Assembly: GCA_903937035.1 (NCBI GenBank)
Contig: CAIZXS010000023.1
Location: forward strand, 1,188-65,187
DNA from: an uncultured bacterium
GTDB taxonomy: Bacteria > Patescibacteriota > Minisyncoccia > Moranbacterales > UBA2206
Direction of reading: 5' to 3'
Length of the DNA: 64,000 bases
Both the position numbers and the translations under genes were made by a program. Positions 9,210-18,032 of the stretch are shown here, in pieces. The first letter of the stretch is position 1; each line of letters begins with the position of its first letter. The notes under the pieces were generated by a model. That model did not search any database. It was not told the origin of the DNA and worked only from the letters and a program-made list of their open reading frames with translations.

Positions 9210-9845
9210 TCATTTCTTAACGAAGTGGAGTGGAGAAAGAATTTTTCTGCAATCAACAACACCTCTCCTTGCACATGCTCCATAAATAAGTGAGCTAACT
9301 GCCTGCTCTTCTAGAACAGGCCCATAGATTCTTTTCTCACATGAACTGATTATATAGCCATAGCGAGTAAAAAACATAGGTCCTGCTTCAAGAATATCGG
9401 CATTACCGCAAAGAAGTTGGAGATGCGTAAAGATAACCTCCGCTCCGTTATTGAAATATAAGCCAGAATACCCTTCACCTTTTTTCTCTTTTTTAATTTT
9501 TATCGGCAGAAGCAACCTGAAAAGAAGGAGCGCCATAGCAGCACCATTAACGAAACCCTTCTCTCGAAGATCTGCCTTCACGTACTCAGCGCATTCATCG
9601 CCGCCAAAGAAAAGCGCCACCGTTACACCATCAATATTGGCTTTTCCTAAGTTTTTAGTAAACGCCGCAACTCGATCTTTCACCCCCGCTTCCAATGGGA
9701 AGATTTCTGCAAAGCGCTCTAATGAAAGCATCTTTGGTGCTACAATTAACTCTGCTTGTAGAAGATCGCATTTTTGATTCTTCTTTTCTTTGCGAGCCAT
9801 TTCAACAGCCGCAAAAAGTGCCACACCATTTGGAGTAATTTTCAT
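9210..9845 (-). CDS. Hypothetical protein
   Basis: Open frame of about 211 aa; GGGAGA SD-like motif before ATG 9845; no recognisable motif. Confidence 0.6.
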   Translation of the reverse strand: MKITPNGVALFAAVEMARKEKKNQKCDLLQAELIVAPKMLSLERFAEIFPLEAGVKDRVAAFTKNLGKANIDGVTVALFFGGDECAEYVKADLREKGFVNGAAMALLLFRLLLPIKIKKEKKGEGYSGLYFNNGAEVIFTHLQLLCGNADILEAGPMFFTRYGYIISSCEKRIYGPVLEEQAVSSLIYGACARRGVVDCRKILSPLHFVKK

Positions 9846-10018
9846 AGCTTCTCCCTTCGATATAATTTTAAAGGCTTTTTGGCCTATTTCTATCAATTTC
9901 GTAAAGTACCCGATATTGCCATATTAAGCAATGTCCAATAATTACCTATCCTGCGACATTTATCGCCATCTGTCAAGTGCAACAAAAAAAATCCTCCATG
10001 CTATACTATTCTCATCAT

Positions 10019-11314
10019 ATGAACACCCACCCCTTCCCCCAAAAAACCAAGCAGACTATCCTCGCCCTCGGCGCCGAATCCGAAGGAAATTTCTGTTTTT
10101 TTGCACAAAACAAAATTTATTTTTCGGAGAATTTTGGTGATCTCTTGAAAGAAAAAAACTGGCAAAAATATCAAGCGGCGGTTTTGGAATTTTTGAAAAA
10201 AAATAAATTCAAACCGGACCTACTTCTCACCGACCTACATCCTCTCTATTTGACTTCGGTTTGGGGCAAAGCTCTAGGTAAAAAATACAAAGTTAAGCAT
10301 ATTCAAGTTCAACACCACCTAGCGCACCTTTTCTCAACTATCGGCGAAAAAATCATATTAGATACTAAATACCAGATACCAGATACCATTTACGGGATTG
10401 CTATGGATGGAACGGGCTATGGAACTGATGAAAAAATTTGGGGAGGAGAAGTGTTTAAAATCAAAAATCCCATGCCTACCGGCAGGCAGGAAAAATCAAA
10501 AATAAAAATTATCGAACGAATCGGCCATCTTGAAAATCAAGTCTTGATCGGTGGAGATTTAGCAATAAGAGAACCGGCGCGAATGTTGATTAGCATTTTG
10601 GATAAGGTATTGTTACCCCCTCCTTACCAAGGAGAGGGGTTGGGGGTGAGGTTAAAGAGCAATACACAAAGAAAAAATACTACTTACCGCTTCGTAAAAA
10701 ACTACTACACCAAAAACGAATTTGAGTTAATTTACGCCCAGCTCCAGCAAAATTTCAACTGCCTCGAAACTTCCAGCACCAGCCGAGTCCTAGATGCTGT
10801 TTCGCTACTTTTAGGTTTTTGTGAAAATGAGAGAAAATACAAGCACGAACCGATCGCTCCGCTAGAAACCAACTCCACAAGACCCTATGTGGATTTAAAA
10901 CCAAAAATTATACTTTCACAGGGCAAGCGAGTTTTAAACACGACTTTTTTGTTTGAATATTTAATTAAAAATTTGCATAAAGATAAGAAGCGCCTAGCTG
11001 CAACTGCACAACTCTATGTCGCTCGGGGATTATATGAACTCATAAAAAACAGTTGTCATCCTGAGCGAAGTCGAAGCCTGCCTGCCGGTAGGCAGGGATC
11101 TACCTGCAAATACCACCAGCGATATTCTACAGAAGATTCTTCGACTCCGCTGCGCTGCGCTCAGAATGACATTTTTATAGCCGGTGGCATCGCCAATAAC
11201 AAAATTATTTCTGTATATTTAATTTCCCAAGGTGCTTATGCAAGCAAAGAGATCCCCCGCGGCGACGCCGGGCTTTCTTTTGGACAGATTATTTGCTACT
11301 TACTTTCAAAGTAA
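10019..11314 (+). CDS. hypF: Truncated HypF carbamoyltransferase (Kae1-like domain only) carrying in-frame repeat insertions
   Basis: ILALGAE, DLHPLY, QHHLAH, DGTGYGTD..IWGGE, IAGGIANN, GDAGLSFGQ; acylphosphatase, Zn-finger and YrdC domains absent. Confidence 0.88.
   Translation: MNTHPFPQKTKQTILALGAESEGNFCFFAQNKIYFSENFGDLLKEKNWQKYQAAVLEFLKKNKFKPDLLLTDLHPLYLTSVWGKALGKKYKVKHIQVQHHLAHLFSTIGEKIILDTKYQIPDTIYGIAMDGTGYGTDEKIWGGEVFKIKNPMPTGRQEKSKIKIIERIGHLENQVLIGGDLAIREPARMLISILDKVLLPPPYQGEGLGVRLKSNTQRKNTTYRFVKNYYTKNEFELIYAQLQQNFNCLETSSTSRVLDAVSLLLGFCENERKYKHEPIAPLETNSTRPYVDLKPKIILSQGKRVLNTTFLFEYLIKNLHKDKKRLAATAQLYVARGLYELIKNSCHPERSRSLPAGRQGSTCKYHQRYSTEDSSTPLRCAQNDIFIAGGIANNKIISVYLISQGAYASKEIPRGDAGLSFGQIICYLLSK
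11054..11171. mobile_element. TGTCAT...ATGACA palindromic (REP/MITE-like) element inside hypF, with a nested 20-bp palindrome
   Basis: TGTCATCCTGAGCGAAGTCGAAG[CCTGCCTGCCGGTAGGCAGG]GATCT ... AGATTCTTCGACTCCGC...GCTCAGAATGACA; arms match the intergenic copy at 52586-52714. Confidence 0.8.
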
Positions 11315-11320
11315 CTTATG

Positions 11321-12322
11321 TCAGCATATCCGCGGAATCAACTTTCCTTTTGGCACTTCAATTTTTTTCTCACTACCAAGCTTAGTCTTGAGCCATACAC
11401 CATTGCCTTTTGAAACTACCCCCGTAATCTTAGCCTCACGATTAAATTTCCTAAGAATTTCAATTACTTTGTTGCTGTCTTTTTTTGCAACCGTTGCCAC
11501 AAATCTGCCCTCGGACGGAAAAGAAAACTTATCAATGCCCAAAAGCCCAGAAAGCGCCACGGTTTCCTTGGCAAAAGGTAAATTATTTTCTTCAAGTACG
11601 AATCTCATTTTAGATTTTTCCGCCATTTCGTTGAGCACCGCCGCCACTCCACCACGCGTCGGATCTTTGCAAGAAGTGAGATAGGGTAAGATACTTTGAA
11701 TTTCGGCTGTTACGGGCTGGCAATCACTTTTTATTTTTGTCCGATAATTAAAACGACTAGCCAAAAGCGCCACGGCGTGTTCGCCCAGATTGCCGGAAGC
11801 AATGATCACATCGCCCACTTTTGCTCCGCCATTTTCAATAACCTTCTTAGCGAGCCCCACGCCAGAAGTCGTAATTTCAATCTTGTCAATTTTGCCTTTT
11901 TCGGTCACCTTAGTGTCCCCCGTCACAATCGGCACACCGGTCTCCTTGGAAATTTTTCCAATTGACTGCATTATTTTTTTCAAATCTTCCAGGGGAAAAC
12001 CTTCCTCAATCACAACACTGAGTGATATTCCAATCGGCAGCGCGCCCATCACCGAGAGATCATTAATCGTCCCGCAAATGGCGATTTTCCCAATGTCTCC
12101 GCCCGGAAAAAAAATTGGATCCACAATAAACGCATCAGTTGTGAAGACTAATTTTTCCTTTCCCAGATCATATACAGCCCCATCATCTTTGGTATTTTCC
12201 CATTTTTTTGACACAAGGAAAAACTTCCTAATCTCAGAGATAAGCTTTGATGACTTTTCGCCTCCGCCACCATCTTCCAATTCAATAAATTTCTTTTTAA
12301 ATTTTAAATTGTCATTTTCCAT
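11321..12322 (-). CDS. hypE: Hydrogenase maturation protein HypE
   Basis: DGGGG, DDGA, FTTDAF, FFPGGDIG, GTINDL, VTGDTKV, DPTRGG, C-terminal PRIC; start ATG 12322. Confidence 0.95.
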   Translation of the reverse strand: MENDNLKFKKKFIELEDGGGGEKSSKLISEIRKFFLVSKKWENTKDDGAVYDLGKEKLVFTTDAFIVDPIFFPGGDIGKIAICGTINDLSVMGALPIGISLSVVIEEGFPLEDLKKIMQSIGKISKETGVPIVTGDTKVTEKGKIDKIEITTSGVGLAKKVIENGGAKVGDVIIASGNLGEHAVALLASRFNYRTKIKSDCQPVTAEIQSILPYLTSCKDPTRGGVAAVLNEMAEKSKMRFVLEENNLPFAKETVALSGLLGIDKFSFPSEGRFVATVAKKDSNKVIEILRKFNREAKITGVVSKGNGVWLKTKLGSEKKIEVPKGKLIPRIC

Positions 12323-12338
12323 TTTGAGATTTACATTT

Positions 12339-13379
12339 TCAATTATTATATCGATACTCCACATTACAACTCCCCTCCACCGAAACCATGCAAGCCCCCT
12401 GTGGGCTATTCGGCGTGCAAACTTTCCTAAACAGTAAACAATCTTTTGGCTCAAGAAGTCCTTGCAAAACCAATCCGCACCTGCAAGCACTTGTTTTTGG
12501 CCTTATTTCTTTTTTTATTTTTTCGATCAATTTCCCATGCACAAATTCCGCATCTTGTGCCTGATATTTTTTTCGAATTTTTAGTCCAGAATTCTTGATT
12601 TCTCCAAGGCCTCGCCACTTCGCATCACTAACTTCAAAAACTTCGTTGATTAACTTTAGCGCTTTTTTATTTCCTCCCTTTTTCACTAGCCTACCGTAAG
12701 CATTTTCCACACGAGACTTGTTTTCCAAGATCTGTGTAAGCAGCACATTGATTGCAACTAAAACATCTTCACCAGAAAAACCAGCCACGACCTGAGGGAT
12801 ATTGAATTTTTGATAGACTTCTGTGCCAATTATGGCACTCACATGCCCCGGATCGATAAAACCGTCGACTCGGATTTTTTTGTTTTCAAGAAGTGCTTGC
12901 ATCGCCGGAGGAAAGAGTTTATGGGCACTATAAACCGTGAGCCCTTCTTTTATTGCCCAGGCCGTCATTCCCGTCGTCGTTTCAAAACCAAGCCCAAAAA
13001 AAACTAAACCCAGCCCTTCTCTTTGTAACTCAACCGCCTCAGTAATTGAATAAACGATCCGTACATCTGCGCCGCTCCTTCGCGCTTCCTCAAGACTCAT
13101 CGTGCTCCCCGGAACTTGCATCGTATCGCCATAAACAGCAATTGGAATTCCTGTCAGTGCAAGACCAACAACAATATCAATGTCTGATTGATCCGTTACA
13201 CAAACCGGACAACCTGGCCCGGAAACAAGGGTAATGTTTTTCGGCATCAGTTTTTTAATTCCATGTTCCGCGATCGTCTGCGCGTGTGTCCCACAGAGCT
13301 CCATGAACCGCAAAGGTCGACCGATCTGGGTCGCCTTTTTTTGAATATCATCTATGACTTTGTCCGTGGTAGGTTGCAT
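12339..13379 (-). CDS. hypD: Hydrogenase maturation protein HypD
   Basis: ELCGTH, GPGCPVC, GFETT, PGHVS, CMVSVEGSC. Confidence 0.96.
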   Translation of the reverse strand: MQPTTDKVIDDIQKKATQIGRPLRFMELCGTHAQTIAEHGIKKLMPKNITLVSGPGCPVCVTDQSDIDIVVGLALTGIPIAVYGDTMQVPGSTMSLEEARRSGADVRIVYSITEAVELQREGLGLVFFGLGFETTTGMTAWAIKEGLTVYSAHKLFPPAMQALLENKKIRVDGFIDPGHVSAIIGTEVYQKFNIPQVVAGFSGEDVLVAINVLLTQILENKSRVENAYGRLVKKGGNKKALKLINEVFEVSDAKWRGLGEIKNSGLKIRKKYQAQDAEFVHGKLIEKIKKEIRPKTSACRCGLVLQGLLEPKDCLLFRKVCTPNSPQGACMVSVEGSCNVEYRYNN

Positions 13380-13380
13380 A

Positions 13381-13584
13381 TTACTTTTTCCCCAAATACC
13401 CCATCATCTCTTTTGCATATTCATCATCCATTTTTTCAATCGCAAAACCAGCATGCACCATAACGTATTCACCAATCTTAGCATCCACTAATGAAATATT
13501 GATTTCTTTTTCAATACCATTAAAATCAACTGTCGCCAGTTGATTTTTAATTGCCATAATTTTTCCTGGAATCGCGAGACACAT
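13381..13584 (-). CDS. hypC: Hydrogenase chaperone HypC
   Basis: MCLAIPGKI, YVMVHAGFAI. Confidence 0.96.
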   Translation of the reverse strand: MCLAIPGKIMAIKNQLATVDFNGIEKEINISLVDAKIGEYVMVHAGFAIEKMDDEYAKEMMGYLGKK

Positions 13585-13593
13585 AGGCCTTAT

Positions 13594-14634
13594 CTAAGCT
13601 TTAATTTTCATTTTCCCCGCTACAATATTTCCTCTATCTCTCACCAACCTCACCACTTCTCGCTCCGATAGGACATAGTCCAAATATTCATTCTTGCGAA
13701 CTTTTTTATAAATTTTAGAAGAAATAAAAAACGTGCAAATATTTTTTGGATCAATTTTTTCTTTTCGAGCATATTCAGTTCTGATATTTTTAATAATCTC
13801 GTCTTCCTCATTTCGCTCTTTTTCTTCTAATTTTATTATTTTTTCAAAACCTAAATCAAAAAATATTTTTTCAAAATTTTGCTCGTGAGAAATATTTTTC
13901 AACTGCTCACTTATTTTTCCGTCCATTTCTAAATCGATGACCGCCACAGAAAACTTTTTCAAATCATCCAAGTCTTTAATTATTTTTGAAAAATCGTTTT
14001 GATCAGTGAGTGCCGCCACAGGACACGCCTCAACACATTTTCCACAAAAACTACAATCCAGCACCTTTTCATATGGCGTCCCGACGACAACATCTCCTGC
14101 GCGATGATTGAAGCCAAATTTTTGCTCCGGACAGATATTAATACATCTTCGGCATTCCACACAAAACTCGGAATTCCTCGAAATACAAGGATTTTCATTT
14201 TCCACAACTACTCGCGACCAATTATCTCTGAGCAATTTTTGCTCTTCGGAACTAGTCATTTCGCCACGCCTGGGCACAAAATGGAAGTTTTCAATTCTAT
14301 ATTCCTCGGCTAATTTCTGCAAATCACACAATCTATTTTTCTTGCAAGTAGCGCACTTCCCCGCATGATCCGCCCATAAAAGCTCTAAGTTAATTCGACG
14401 CGCCTTGGAAATTTTTTCACTCTCAGTCACAAGATCCATATCCTTACAAACTTTTGTATTGCAAGACGTAATAAGACGCCCACTATTTTCCACCACGCAA
14501 ACGCGACACAAACCTTCATGCGAATATTTCGCACCGCAAAGCGTGGGAATTTTTATTCCCTCACGCATGCAAACTTGGAAAATAGTTTCCCCCACTTTCG
14601 CAGCATATTTTTTGTTATTGATTTTGATTTGCAT
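13594..14634 (-). CDS. HydA/NuoG/HoxU-like Fe-S subunit with a degenerate [FeFe] H-cluster domain remnant
   Basis: IPTLC..GLCRVC..C ([2Fe-2S]); HAGKCATC..C (His-ligated [4Fe-4S]); CVECRRC...C and CSFCGKCVEACP; the C-terminus resembles the HydA scaffold without its cysteines. Confidence 0.82.
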   Translation of the reverse strand: MQIKINNKKYAAKVGETIFQVCMREGIKIPTLCGAKYSHEGLCRVCVVENSGRLITSCNTKVCKDMDLVTESEKISKARRINLELLWADHAGKCATCKKNRLCDLQKLAEEYRIENFHFVPRRGEMTSSEEQKLLRDNWSRVVVENENPCISRNSEFCVECRRCINICPEQKFGFNHRAGDVVVGTPYEKVLDCSFCGKCVEACPVAALTDQNDFSKIIKDLDDLKKFSVAVIDLEMDGKISEQLKNISHEQNFEKIFFDLGFEKIIKLEEKERNEEDEIIKNIRTEYARKEKIDPKNICTFFISSKIYKKVRKNEYLDYVLSEREVVRLVRDRGNIVAGKMKIKA

Positions 14635-14637
14635 AAT

Positions 14638-15816
14638 TTATTTTAAAATTCCTAGTTTATCAATAGCATTTCGCACTGCCGTGGCAGCAAATTTTCCCAA
14701 TGGACAAAAAGTTGTATTCTCTAGTGTCCACAAAATATCATTTAGTGCTTCCTTGTCACGATCAGCTATCTCACCATCTACTAAGCGTTCGGCAATCTCA
14801 TGTAGGCGAAAAGTCCCCTCACGGCATGGCACACATTTTCCACATGATTCTCGCCTGAAAAATCCGGTCCAGGATAATAATAGATCATAAATATCAGCAG
14901 TCCTGTCCACTACCAAAATTGCGCCTGACCCTAGAATTGGCCCACCTAGCTCTTTTTCTAGATATATTCCTCCAGATGCACCACCAACTTGGGCGAACCA
15001 AAATTCCTTACCATCCTGCATTCCTCCTCCCAATTTAGTAATTGCCTCATCTATCGTAGTAGCGATTGGAGCCTCAAACACACCCATATTCTTAACAGAC
15101 CCACCAAGCACAAATAATTTTGTAGCGCACTTGAGATACTTTTTTCCGCCATTTTGGATAATCCAGGGAATGCTAGCAATCGTTTCAGCATTATTCACTA
15201 CCGTAGGTTTTCCAAAAAGTCCACATTCCGTTGGATAAGGTGGCCGCATTTTTGGCTCTCCGCGATTGCCTTCGATGGAACTCAAGAGTGCTGTTTCTTC
15301 TCCGCAGATATAGGCTCCGGCGCCAGAAAAAATTTCAATCTCTAGTGAATATTTTGAGCTCAATATTTTTGTCCCTAAAAATTTACGCTCTTGGGCCTGC
15401 AAAATTGCTCGCGCTAAAACTTCCTTTGCTTTTTCGTAATTTCCATTGAGATAGATATAACTTTTTTTTGCACCAATCGTGAGAGCAGAAAGAACTAACC
15501 CTTCCAAAAGTAAATGCGGGTTATTCTCTGCAATTAACCGATCCTTATACGTCCCCGGCTCTGATTCATCCAGATTACAAACAAAATATTTTTCACCTTT
15601 CTGCGCGGAGACCATTTCCCATTTCACTCCCGTTAAAAAGCCCGCCCCACCTCGCCCAGAAAGTCTCGATAATTTTACTTCTTTCAATGCGCCTTCTGAA
15701 TCTGATTTTTCAATGAATTCTTTGAGCGCCTCATAACCACCGACAGAAACATAGTCCTCTATCTTTAAAGGATTAATTTTGCCCCAATGTTCGGTGATAA
15801 TTTTTATATTATTCAT
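14638..15816 (-). CDS. NuoF/HoxF/HydB-like NAD(H)- and FMN-binding subunit, short form
   Basis: GRGGAGF, CNLDESEPGTYKDR, GAGAYICGEETAL, PTVVNNAET, ESCGKCVPCREG, FCPLG; alternative TTG start at 15825. Confidence 0.93.
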   Translation of the reverse strand: MNNIKIITEHWGKINPLKIEDYVSVGGYEALKEFIEKSDSEGALKEVKLSRLSGRGGAGFLTGVKWEMVSAQKGEKYFVCNLDESEPGTYKDRLIAENNPHLLLEGLVLSALTIGAKKSYIYLNGNYEKAKEVLARAILQAQERKFLGTKILSSKYSLEIEIFSGAGAYICGEETALLSSIEGNRGEPKMRPPYPTECGLFGKPTVVNNAETIASIPWIIQNGGKKYLKCATKLFVLGGSVKNMGVFEAPIATTIDEAITKLGGGMQDGKEFWFAQVGGASGGIYLEKELGGPILGSGAILVVDRTADIYDLLLSWTGFFRRESCGKCVPCREGTFRLHEIAERLVDGEIADRDKEALNDILWTLENTTFCPLGKFAATAVRNAIDKLGILK

Positions 15817-15821
15817 ATACT

Positions 15822-16274
15822 TCAAACATACTCGCCCAGAATTCGATGCACACTACTCACGGTTACTTTTTCAAAAACTTTCCCATTTACAATCATAATT
15901 GGCCCCTCAGCACATCGACCAAGACAGCTGTTTTTTTCCAAACGTACTTTTGGATTAAATTCATCACCAGCCTTAATTCGAAAATAATTTTCAATTTCTT
16001 GGATAATTTCAGCCGAGGAGCCTAAAGCACAATCCCCGCTAGAGCAAACCTTAATTTCCAAATTAGCTGGTTTTCTAGTTTTAATCAAATCATAAAAACT
16101 AGCTACTTCGCAAATTTTCGCTAGCGACAGCCCAAAATACTCCGCAACAATTTCCGCATCTTTGCTGCCAATAAACCCAAAAACAGCACTAATTTTTTTC
16201 AGCACTGGCAATAAATTTTGCACTTCCGGATCATATGAAACTAATATTTTTTCTACTGTCACATTGTTTTGCAT
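15822..16274 (-). CDS. NuoE/HoxE/HydC-like [2Fe-2S] subunit
   Basis: VASFY, VCSSGDC, CLGRCAEGP. Confidence 0.92.
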   Translation of the reverse strand: MQNNVTVEKILVSYDPEVQNLLPVLKKISAVFGFIGSKDAEIVAEYFGLSLAKICEVASFYDLIKTRKPANLEIKVCSSGDCALGSSAEIIQEIENYFRIKAGDEFNPKVRLEKNSCLGRCAEGPIMIVNGKVFEKVTVSSVHRILGEYV

Positions 16275-16289
16275 ACATTGATTATATCA
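16275..16289 (-). promoter_or_regulatory. Extended -10 promoter positioned for a leaderless transcript of the nuoE-like gene
   Basis: TGaTATAAT followed by 6 nt and then ATG. Confidence 0.6.
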
Positions 16290-16395
16290 CGTAAAAAACA
16301 AAAACTGAAGCGCAAGGCCCCAGCTTTTCTGATGCTCATTTTTCTTTTGCCCTATAATATTCTACCTACTTTTTGGACCGAGCGACCTACTAGCA

Positions 16396-17259
16396 TCAAA
16401 CCTTGCCATCACTACCAAATATCTTCATCTTATATTTAACAGTCTCTTTTACTGCGTCCTGAGCCCCACCCAAAAGCTTTCTCAAATCAAATCCTAACTC
16501 ACCCTGACCACTGACGGAATTAATCAGATTATTAACAAAGGCGATACGAATAGCAGTGTCCACATTGAAACAGCTAACGCCATTTTTTATTGCCTCCACG
16601 ACCTTTCCATTCTCCCAATCTGACGCTCCATGCAAGACAAAAGGAAGAGCACAATTCTTATTAATCATCGCCATCCGATCAAAATCTGGCTGAGCTCTTT
16701 CCTTGAGAAACCCATGTGCATTTCCAATCGCCACCGCAAGAGCATCAATTCCAGTCTCTTCAACAAATACTTTCGCCTGAACAGGATCGGTCATATACTT
16801 ATCCCAATCAATATCTCCCATCTGAGCCTCACCGAGATAGGGCACACTGCCCAGCTCCCCCTGGACATCCACCCCACTCTCATGGCAAAACTCAACTACT
16901 TTTTTTGTTATCTCCAAATTATCAGCAAAGACTTTTCGAGATCCATCGTACATAACGGAGGTGAATCCGATCGCAACTGCTCGCTGGATTATTTCCAAAC
17001 TTTTCCCATGATCAAGATGAATCCCAATCGGGATTTCAGCAGCATAAAATTCAGCATCATTTTTTATCAAATGGAAAATCCCCCTTCCTCCAGCATATTC
17101 CATCGTTTTCTCCGTTACTTGGATAATCACGGGAGAGCGCATTTCCTTTGCTGCTGCCACAATCGCCCGCGTCGTCTCAAGATTAACAGTATTAAATGCT
17201 CCTACAGCATAACTACCTTCTTTTGCTTTTGTCAAAATTTCCTTGACTGAAGTAATCAT
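16396..17259 (-). CDS. fba: Class II fructose-bisphosphate aldolase
   Basis: YAVGAFN, HLDHG, SVMYDGS, GELG, AIGNAHG, VLHGAS. Confidence 0.93.
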   Translation of the reverse strand: MITSVKEILTKAKEGSYAVGAFNTVNLETTRAIVAAAKEMRSPVIIQVTEKTMEYAGGRGIFHLIKNDAEFYAAEIPIGIHLDHGKSLEIIQRAVAIGFTSVMYDGSRKVFADNLEITKKVVEFCHESGVDVQGELGSVPYLGEAQMGDIDWDKYMTDPVQAKVFVEETGIDALAVAIGNAHGFLKERAQPDFDRMAMINKNCALPFVLHGASDWENGKVVEAIKNGVSCFNVDTAIRIAFVNNLINSVSGQGELGFDLRKLLGGAQDAVKETVKYKMKIFGSDGKV

Positions 17260-17270
17260 AAATTAAATTA

Positions 17271-18032
17271 TTATCCATTAATTATCCTAGCTATTTTCAA
17301 AAACTCCCTCGGCGCCAACGATTCCCTCCCAATCAGAGCACCCTCCATTCCACTTTCAATGCACGCCTGTCCTACAGTCTTCACACTGACCGATCCACCA
17401 TAAATTATACGCATTTTCTGAATCATATTTTGAGAAAAATTCCGTGACAGAATTTTTTGAATCAAAACTTTTGCCTCCATAATCTCATTGCTTGTCGGGA
17501 TACTGTCTGATCCAACTGACCAAATCGGTTCATAGGCTACGACTATTTTTTCCAACTTTCCTGGAGCCACGCCAGCGAAAGCTTCTTTAATTTGCCTGGT
17601 TATTACATGCATTGTCTCGCCAGATTGCCGCTCTTCCTTCGTTTCACCCACGCATATTATTGGACTAAGACCATTTTTAAGACTTGCTAGCACTTTTTGA
17701 TTGATTGATTGATCATTTTCAAAAAAATACTTACGTCTTTCACTATGACCGATAATCACATATTCTGAGCCGAAATTTTTCAGCATTACTGGTGAAATTT
17801 CTCCCGTATACGAGCCCTTTTCTTCCCAAAAACAGTTTTGCCCGCCTAGCGCAACTTTTTTTCCTAGCACCTTTCCGAAACTTTCCAAGTGGATTGCCGG
17901 CGGACAAAGTACAATTTCAGCATTATTTATTTTTTTTCCTGCTAATTCTTTTTTAACCGCACCGAGATACGTCTCTCGCTCAGCTTGAGATAAGATATTC
18001 ATTTTTAAGTTACCGATAATTATTTTTTTCAT
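17271..18032 (-). CDS. tpiA: Triosephosphate isomerase
   Basis: GNLKMN, GSYTGEIS, GHSERR, AYEPIW, YGGSV. Confidence 0.95.
   Translation of the reverse strand: MKKIIIGNLKMNILSQAERETYLGAVKKELAGKKINNAEIVLCPPAIHLESFGKVLGKKVALGGQNCFWEEKGSYTGEISPVMLKNFGSEYVIIGHSERRKYFFENDQSINQKVLASLKNGLSPIICVGETKEERQSGETMHVITRQIKEAFAGVAPGKLEKIVVAYEPIWSVGSDSIPTSNEIMEAKVLIQKILSRNFSQNMIQKMRIIYGGSVSVKTVGQACIESGMEGALIGRESLAPREFLKIARIING

Noticed and set aside
12323-12490. 56-codon N-terminal extension of HypE in the ORF track
   Set aside because: It overlaps the hypD 3' end in another frame; the start at 12322 fits the family.
13594-16274. Respiratory complex I or an active [FeFe]-hydrogenase
   Set aside because: No membrane nuo genes are nearby, the H-cluster cysteine motifs are absent, and no hydEFG is in the window.
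17271-18032. TpiA motif deviations (NLK, WSVGS, IGRES)
   Set aside because: The catalytic Lys, His and Glu are retained; likely lineage divergence.
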